Virus record (IMG/VR): IMGVR_UViG_3300005613_000002
Location: 1 to 64,000 of that record
Length of the DNA: 64,000 nucleotides
Reading direction: 5' to 3' (one strand)
The notes beneath the pieces were generated by a model, which ran no database searches, was not told where the DNA came from, and saw only the letters and a program-made list of their open reading frames with translations. The position numbers and the translations under genes are program-made. Below, in pieces: positions 58,792 through 64,000 of the stretch. Numbering within the stretch: the stretch's first letter is position 1; every line of letters starts with the position of its first letter.

Positions 58792-59534
58792 AAAAATTTT
58801 TTATTTGTGTCAAATTTTATTTTTTCTTGCCAAACTCTTTGAGGTGGAAATGCTTCCCAATTATCAGCTATTGGTATTACTTCATCATTTAATGGAATTC
58901 TAACCTCATAACCCAAACCTAAATAACAATTAGTAAAAAGTGTTTCAGATTGACCAACTCCTGCATAATTTATTAAATTATTTCTTTCATCATATGGTAA
59001 TTTACCAAATTTCTTTTTCACTTTTTTCAATATTTCTTTAGTTGAAACACCAACACCACCTGAAACATGTTTTCTATTTAAATTATTCTCGAAATTTATA
59101 GATGTCAATGCTAAAAACCCTAATTTTTCATCAGAAAACTCATTAATTGCAATTTCGTAATATCTTGGGTATATTGTAATTAAATCATCTTCACAAAAAA
59201 ACCAAAAATCATAATCATTTTCAAAAAGATCAAAAGCATAGCTATATGCACCTAATGAACCACCTTTATTTTCTCTATTAAATACCATTATTTTTCCGCT
59301 TGGTATTTTTTTATTGTTAAGGGATTTAAGATATTCTTCACATTCATTAGTAATTTCATTTGATTGATTATTAATAATTATAACATCCATATTCTCAACA
59401 CCAGAATTCATTATTATATCATTATTAATATTTAACTTTAAAACAGAAAGTGTTTCATCAGCATTTGCTGGACTAGCTGAAGCAATCCCCCTTCTCGTCC
59501 CAAAATAAGTACAATAAATTTTACATGTTTTCAT
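58773..59534 (-). CDS. GT-A fold glycosyltransferase
   Basis: NRENKGGS.GAY, FFCEDD (DxD-like). Confidence 0.6.
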   Translation of the reverse strand: MKTCKIYCTYFGTRRGIASASPANADETLSVLKLNINNDIIMNSGVENMDVIIINNQSNEITNECEEYLKSLNNKKIPSGKIMVFNRENKGGSLGAYSYAFDLFENDYDFWFFCEDDLITIYPRYYEIAINEFSDEKLGFLALTSINFENNLNRKHVSGGVGVSTKEILKKVKKKFGKLPYDERNNLINYAGVGQSETLFTNCYLGLGYEVRIPLNDEVIPIADNWEAFPPQRVWQEKIKFDTNKKFLWHIGL

Positions 59535-60012
59535 AATCGCTCACTAATATTGACATTATTTTTGAATTAATCCACTCACCATTCTTTAATACTTCATCCC
59601 TTTTAATACCTTCATCAACAAATCCAAATTTTTTATATAATCTAATTGCTCTTTTATTTGTTTCCAGAACCTCTAGTGATATTTTATGTAGATTACATTC
59701 ATTAATAATTATAGGAATAAATTGACGATATGCTTCACTAGCATATCCTTTTCCTCTATAATCTTTATGGATATCAGCACCAATATAAATATTTTTATTT
59801 TCTTTAGACCAATTGCTTGTTCTGAAATAACCAATTGATTCACCATTTAACATTATAATAAAAAATAATGGCTTTGTATTAAAAAACCAATCGTAAGTTT
59901 CTTCTAATGAAAATTGACAAGAATTGTGTAAATATTCTTCACAACATTCGTTTCTAACCTCATTAAAAAATGGTATATCTTTATATGTTAATCTTCTAAT
60001 TCCTATTTTCAT
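59521..60012 (-). CDS. GNAT N-acetyltransferase (PseH-like)
   Basis: IH.DYRGKGYA, LEVLETNKRAI.LY.K.GF..EG. Confidence 0.88.
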   Translation of the reverse strand: MKIGIRRLTYKDIPFFNEVRNECCEEYLHNSCQFSLEETYDWFFNTKPLFFIIMLNGESIGYFRTSNWSKENKNIYIGADIHKDYRGKGYASEAYRQFIPIIINECNLHKISLEVLETNKRAIRLYKKFGFVDEGIKRDEVLKNGEWINSKIMSILVSDYENM

Positions 60013-60680
60013 TTTACTATATTTTGAATCGGTGTTATTAATTCATAATTATTTTCACTATCACAACTATAATCAATAATATTTCCTAAACTAAAAAAAG
60101 TTACACGATATTCATCTTTATAATCTTTAAGTCCAATATTATTATCTAATAAATATTTTGAAAAATTTAATTGATAATTACTATCAAACCAATCATTAAA
60201 ATCAACAGTTTTAATGATTTTTTTTATTGTCTTACTTGAAATAATTCCATTGGATATCCTACAATGGAATGGTAAATTAAAAGATTTATCATCACCAGCT
60301 AATGAACATAAATATGTACCTTCTTCATATAAATCAATCAATTTTTCATCAAAATTATCACAAGCTGGAACATAATCATCTTCAATTAAAATATGATAAT
60401 CAAAATCATCAACATAACGCTTTAATGCTGTTAACCATTGTCCATATGAAAAATATTTATTTTCACAATCAACAATTTGTATTCTATTATCTTCAGGAAT
60501 ATCATAATAAGAATTATTTACTTTTGATAATGGTTTCATTATAGTTATTTGTGAAATATTATTTCTCACATTATTTATCTGTTTAATATGATTATTCAAT
60601 ACTTTTTTATAATAAATCATATCAACAGCAGGTTTCACCCTTCTACCATTCCAAGTTGCAATAATATAATTAATTCTCAT
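60009..60680 (-). CDS. Putative GT-A glycosyltransferase
   Basis: N.YFSYG, HILIEDDY. Confidence 0.55.
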   Translation of the reverse strand: MRINYIIATWNGRRVKPAVDMIYYKKVLNNHIKQINNVRNNISQITIMKPLSKVNNSYYDIPEDNRIQIVDCENKYFSYGQWLTALKRYVDDFDYHILIEDDYVPACDNFDEKLIDLYEEGTYLCSLAGDDKSFNLPFHCRISNGIISSKTIKKIIKTVDFNDWFDSNYQLNFSKYLLDNNIGLKDYKDEYRVTFFSLGNIIDYSCDSENNYELITPIQNIVK

Positions 60681-60689
60681 ATGTATTAT

Positions 60690-61874
60690 TTACCACCCCT
60701 TTTTTATACAATCAACAATATATTCTCTTTCTTCTTTAGTTACCCACCAACCAACAGGAATACTTATTAATCTTGGAGTAATTTTATCGAGATTAGGAAG
60801 GATTGTCTTATAATCCCTAACACATGTATGAATATCATTTCTTTCATGAACCTGACTAACCATGATGTTACATTCTTTCATCCAATCCATGAATTCTTGT
60901 TTTCTATCAACATACATGGAGTAAATCCAAAATGCTGAATCCATTCTTGTGTCTCTTTCAAGTAATTCAACACCATTCACACCTTTCAATGCATCATCAT
61001 AATATTTAGCGTTTTCTTTATGTTTATTAATAACATTAATATCTACTTCTTTCAAATTCTCCATACCAATTGCAGCATTCACATCATTCATATGAAATTT
61101 ATAACCCCATTCTTCTATGTCTGCTTCACATCTAAAGTCTTTTTTATTATTATCCCTATCAATACCATACCAACGTAATAATTTTGCCCTTTTATATAGA
61201 TTATTATGTGGCAGTACTAATGCTCCACCATCTACGCTTGTAAAGTGTTTAATGGCTTGAAAACTGAAAGTACAGATGTTTCCATGACTACCAATTGGTT
61301 GTCCCTTAAATTGACTTCCAAATGCATGTGCGCAATCCTCTATAACACTTGGTTTAAACCCAAAATTAAATTCTGACCAATTTTGTATCTCTTTAATTCT
61401 ATCAAGATCAACAGGGTAACCACCCCAATGAACAAGCATAATTGCTTTAGTTTTAGATGTTATTTTTCTTGCAAGATCATCTAAATCCATATTTAATGTT
61501 TTAGGGTCAACATCTACCCATTTAATATTTAAATTATTTGCAAGAATTGGAAAATTACTAGCAGTGCATGTTAATGGTGTCGCAAGTACTTCATCACCAT
61601 CATTAATACCATCCCAATTATGATTAGTTTGATAATTATCATGTACCTGCATTCCTTTAAATGGTTTTTTTAATAAATGTAATGCTAGATGTTCAGCAGA
61701 TGTTGCTGAATTAGTTGTTACAACATAATCATTTTTAAATCTATCTTTTAGTTTTTCTTCAAATTCATCTACTTTCGGTCCTTGACCTATGTAACCTGAA
61801 TCTAAAACTGCCCCTGCAACATCTTTTGCAGTATTTGACATATAAACCTTAAACAATGGAATTATCTTTTTCAT
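60690..61874 (-). CDS. DegT/DnrJ/EryC1/StrS PLP-dependent sugar aminotransferase
   Basis: NSATSA.HLAL, VHWGG, IEDCAHAFG, FSFQAIKHFTSVDGG (PLP Lys), GYKFHM. Confidence 0.93.
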   Translation of the reverse strand: MKKIIPLFKVYMSNTAKDVAGAVLDSGYIGQGPKVDEFEEKLKDRFKNDYVVTTNSATSAEHLALHLLKKPFKGMQVHDNYQTNHNWDGINDGDEVLATPLTCTASNFPILANNLNIKWVDVDPKTLNMDLDDLARKITSKTKAIMLVHWGGYPVDLDRIKEIQNWSEFNFGFKPSVIEDCAHAFGSQFKGQPIGSHGNICTFSFQAIKHFTSVDGGALVLPHNNLYKRAKLLRWYGIDRDNNKKDFRCEADIEEWGYKFHMNDVNAAIGMENLKEVDINVINKHKENAKYYDDALKGVNGVELLERDTRMDSAFWIYSMYVDRKQEFMDWMKECNIMVSQVHERNDIHTCVRDYKTILPNLDKITPRLISIPVGWWVTKEEREYIVDCIKKGW

Positions 61875-61885
61875 CTTATTTTATT

Positions 61886-62605
61886 TTACCAAACACATAT
61901 TTTATTTAATGTTTTTGCACCTACATGATATCCTCTTGTTGGTTTCATTCCCATTTGAGTATCTAATGTAGAACCGATATCAATATAAGTATTATTTTTA
62001 TTCATAAAAACCCATAACTCATAAGTTAAGATATTAGCAAGAGGTCCTGCTGCAAAAAGAAATATTTTATCTTTAGAATTTTCATAATCTTTCATTATTT
62101 CACTAAACACATTATAATCCTTTAACCATGCATCAGTACCAACATGATATGTTTTTTCAACATTAAATGGTAATAATGAAGTATCTGCCTTATCATTTAC
62201 AACCATTACAATATCATGATTATTCATTTCTGGAACAAATTCAGATAAAAAACGTTTATAATTTGAATTAACATAAATATTTGCCCAAGTCAAATGTTCT
62301 TCATCTTGACATGACTTAGTTTTCATATATTTATATTTTTCCTGACCAACACAACAAGGACATGCAATACCAATATAATATCCATCATCAGTTGTCGTAT
62401 ATGAATATTCTAGTTTATTTCTAACACCAACATATTCATTCATATTTGGGTCATATCTAAATTCACCATTTTTTTGATTCCGTAAATCAATAAATTTATT
62501 TTCTAATATCATTAATTCACCATCACCCCATCGTGACAATGAAAAATGTTCATTAGACTTAATTTTATTTAAAAACTTATCAAAATCACCACCAAATGTT
62601 TTCAT
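61886..62605 (-). CDS. GT-D fold (DUF1792-like) glycosyltransferase
   Basis: FSLSRWGDGEL; FLFAAGPLA; IDIGS. Confidence 0.6.
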   Translation of the reverse strand: MKTFGGDFDKFLNKIKSNEHFSLSRWGDGELMILENKFIDLRNQKNGEFRYDPNMNEYVGVRNKLEYSYTTTDDGYYIGIACPCCVGQEKYKYMKTKSCQDEEHLTWANIYVNSNYKRFLSEFVPEMNNHDIVMVVNDKADTSLLPFNVEKTYHVGTDAWLKDYNVFSEIMKDYENSKDKIFLFAAGPLANILTYELWVFMNKNNTYIDIGSTLDTQMGMKPTRGYHVGAKTLNKICVW

Positions 62606-62606
62606 C

Positions 62607-63341
62607 TTATTTAATTTTATTTACAGTATCCCAACCACAATCAATACAATGAAAACAAACCTTATCTCTAACACCATAATGTGCGTTTTTTGTCCAAGAA
62701 GCATTTTCATCATTACCAAATTTCATCCCAACTTTAAAATCTGAACTCCACAAATTTTTATTACTAATTGGATGTGGTGGGACAAATGTATTAATACCTC
62801 CATACTTTTGTGCTAAATATGAAAACATAATATCTTCACCATTATCCCAAGTAAAAGGTTCTTCATACCATAAATATTTTGCCCATTCTTGTCTAAAAAA
62901 CCAAGCATGACCAACTAAATCTACACGTTTTGTTTTATTTAATTGTTCACCATTCCATCCAATTTTATCGAAAGGTAAATATGATTTCCCTTTAATAATA
63001 ACACCACTACCACCAAGAATACCATTTGTTTCAGGATTTTCAATTGTTTCAAGACAATTCTTTAACCAATCTTTTTGTGGTATTGTATCATCATCAAACA
63101 TCGCAACATATGGAGTTTTCAATAATAATGGAACTGTAAATCTTCCAAAAAATTTAGTATTCCAATTACACGTATATGTTTTTATTTCTTTATCTTTTGG
63201 AAGATATTGTCCAACATCACTTTTATTATACCAAACATGAATATTTTCACTCTTTACTTCAATTGATTGATCTTTAATTGCTTGAATCTGTTGTTCAAGT
63301 GTGTGTGGTCTTTTATAAACATTTAATATTACACTTACCAT
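62607..63341 (-). CDS. GT2-family glycosyltransferase
   Basis: VILNVYKR, MFDDDTIP, VDLVGHAW, GEDI.FS. Confidence 0.8.
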   Translation of the reverse strand: MVSVILNVYKRPHTLEQQIQAIKDQSIEVKSENIHVWYNKSDVGQYLPKDKEIKTYTCNWNTKFFGRFTVPLLLKTPYVAMFDDDTIPQKDWLKNCLETIENPETNGILGGSGVIIKGKSYLPFDKIGWNGEQLNKTKRVDLVGHAWFFRQEWAKYLWYEEPFTWDNGEDIMFSYLAQKYGGINTFVPPHPISNKNLWSSDFKVGMKFGNDENASWTKNAHYGVRDKVCFHCIDCGWDTVNKIK

Positions 63342-64000
63342 AATTTACCTATATATTTTTGAGTATATACACCACCTTGCCCATCAATTCTAACATCACC
63401 ATGTAATTTTGAATCACCATTACCATCATGATAAACTAACGAATTTTCAGTTCTATATATCTCGTTATTTAAATAACCAATTGCGTCACCAATTTGAGTC
63501 CAAGCACGAACAGGGACTCCAGCTTTACAAACTTCATCAGCATTAACCTCAAGCATTTTATATTCCATAAACTCAATTACATCAATATCAATTAATGCAA
63601 TTCCATCAACAAAATGCTTATTTGACCACCAACTTTCGAATTCAGATGTTTCATTAAATGACCATAAATGTGGTGCTATCGCCATTATATTGCTGTTTTT
63701 TTCTTTTTTATTAAAAAATAAATCTGTTAATACATTTAAGAAATCTTTTGATAATATAAAATCATCATCCATCTGTAATACAGCATGACATTTTACTTCT
63801 TTTAAAATTTCCCACATCTGATTATAACAATACCAATGCAATACTTTTCCATTTGGTTTTTCATTTTTTATATAATGAATATTAGGATAAATATTAAGTA
63901 AATTATCATATCTTTCATCATCAGAACCATCATTTAATAATACTAATTTAAATGTATATTTTGTTGGTTCATTATATAATTGTGAAATAATTCTTTCTAC
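63335..64000 (-). CDS. Partial GT2-family glycosyltransferase; true start lies beyond the window
   Basis: The frame stays open upstream of the track's 63841 start: VERIISQL...LLNDGSDD...; QMDDDF DxD motif. Confidence 0.78.
   Translation of the reverse strand, partial: VERIISQLYNEPTKYTFKLVLLNDGSDDERYDNLLNIYPNIHYIKNEKPNGKVLHWYCYNQMWEILKEVKCHAVLQMDDDFILSKDFLNVLTDLFFNKKEKNSNIMAIAPHLWSFNETSEFESWWSNKHFVDGIALIDIDVIEFMEYKMLEVNADEVCKAGVPVRAWTQIGDAIGYLNNEIYRTENSLVYHDGNGDSKLHGDVRIDGQGGVYTQKYIGKLW

Noticed and set aside
3992-60770. All plus-strand ORFs in the track (e.g. 3992-4255 Val-rich, 7183-7656, 18225-18641, 48660-48986)
   Set aside because: They lie antisense to long motif-bearing minus-strand genes, have Phe/Ser/Ile-biased shadow composition and no recognisable motifs.
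63841-63841. ORF-track start of the last glycosyltransferase
   Set aside because: The frame remains open to the window edge and contains the GT2 NDGS motif upstream, so the real start is outside the window.
1-64000. Cellular chromosome or eukaryotic giant virus (NCLDV) origin
   Set aside because: gp6- and gp25-like baseplate genes, gp32/UvsX/gp41-like replication genes, bacterial-type promoters and terminators and the absence of cellular housekeeping genes fit a large tailed phage; the capsid gene is not in the window.

Overview
This is a very AT-rich, gene-dense 64 kb segment of a large (jumbo-type) contractile-tailed dsDNA phage. Every credible gene is on the minus strand. Modules in window order: Thr-rich and beta-helix virion/fibre proteins; baseplate wedge and gp25-like genes; a late-type accessory block (glycosyltransferase, ParB-like, HAD, a 1810-aa kinase-kinase-CCA-2H-2H RNA-repair polyprotein, WYL, Nudix); family B DNA polymerase, QueC and an intein-containing SNF2 helicase; tail-fibre genes with shared repeats and a DUF285/BspA-type LRR protein; an ARPP-like plus TROVE/Ro60-like vWA gene pair; a 1.45 kb non-coding region; a replication block (DnaB-like helicase, 5'-3' exonuclease, RecA/UvsX, gp32-like SSB); head-associated acidic proteins; and a glycosylation/sugar-modification island running off the right edge. 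TTG-N19/20-TAnnTTTG promoters suggest a Bacteroidota host (inference). The most striking signal is at 42957-44064, directly upstream of the TROVE-like gene. Four ncRNA-like elements share one bulged stem with an invariant UUACAGUAA. In three of them the stem is grafted onto a tRNA fold at a different point (acceptor end, D-arm, variable loop with circular permutation); the fourth has no tRNA. All protein assignments come from motif recognition and all RNA pairings were worked out by hand; no searches or folding programs were run.
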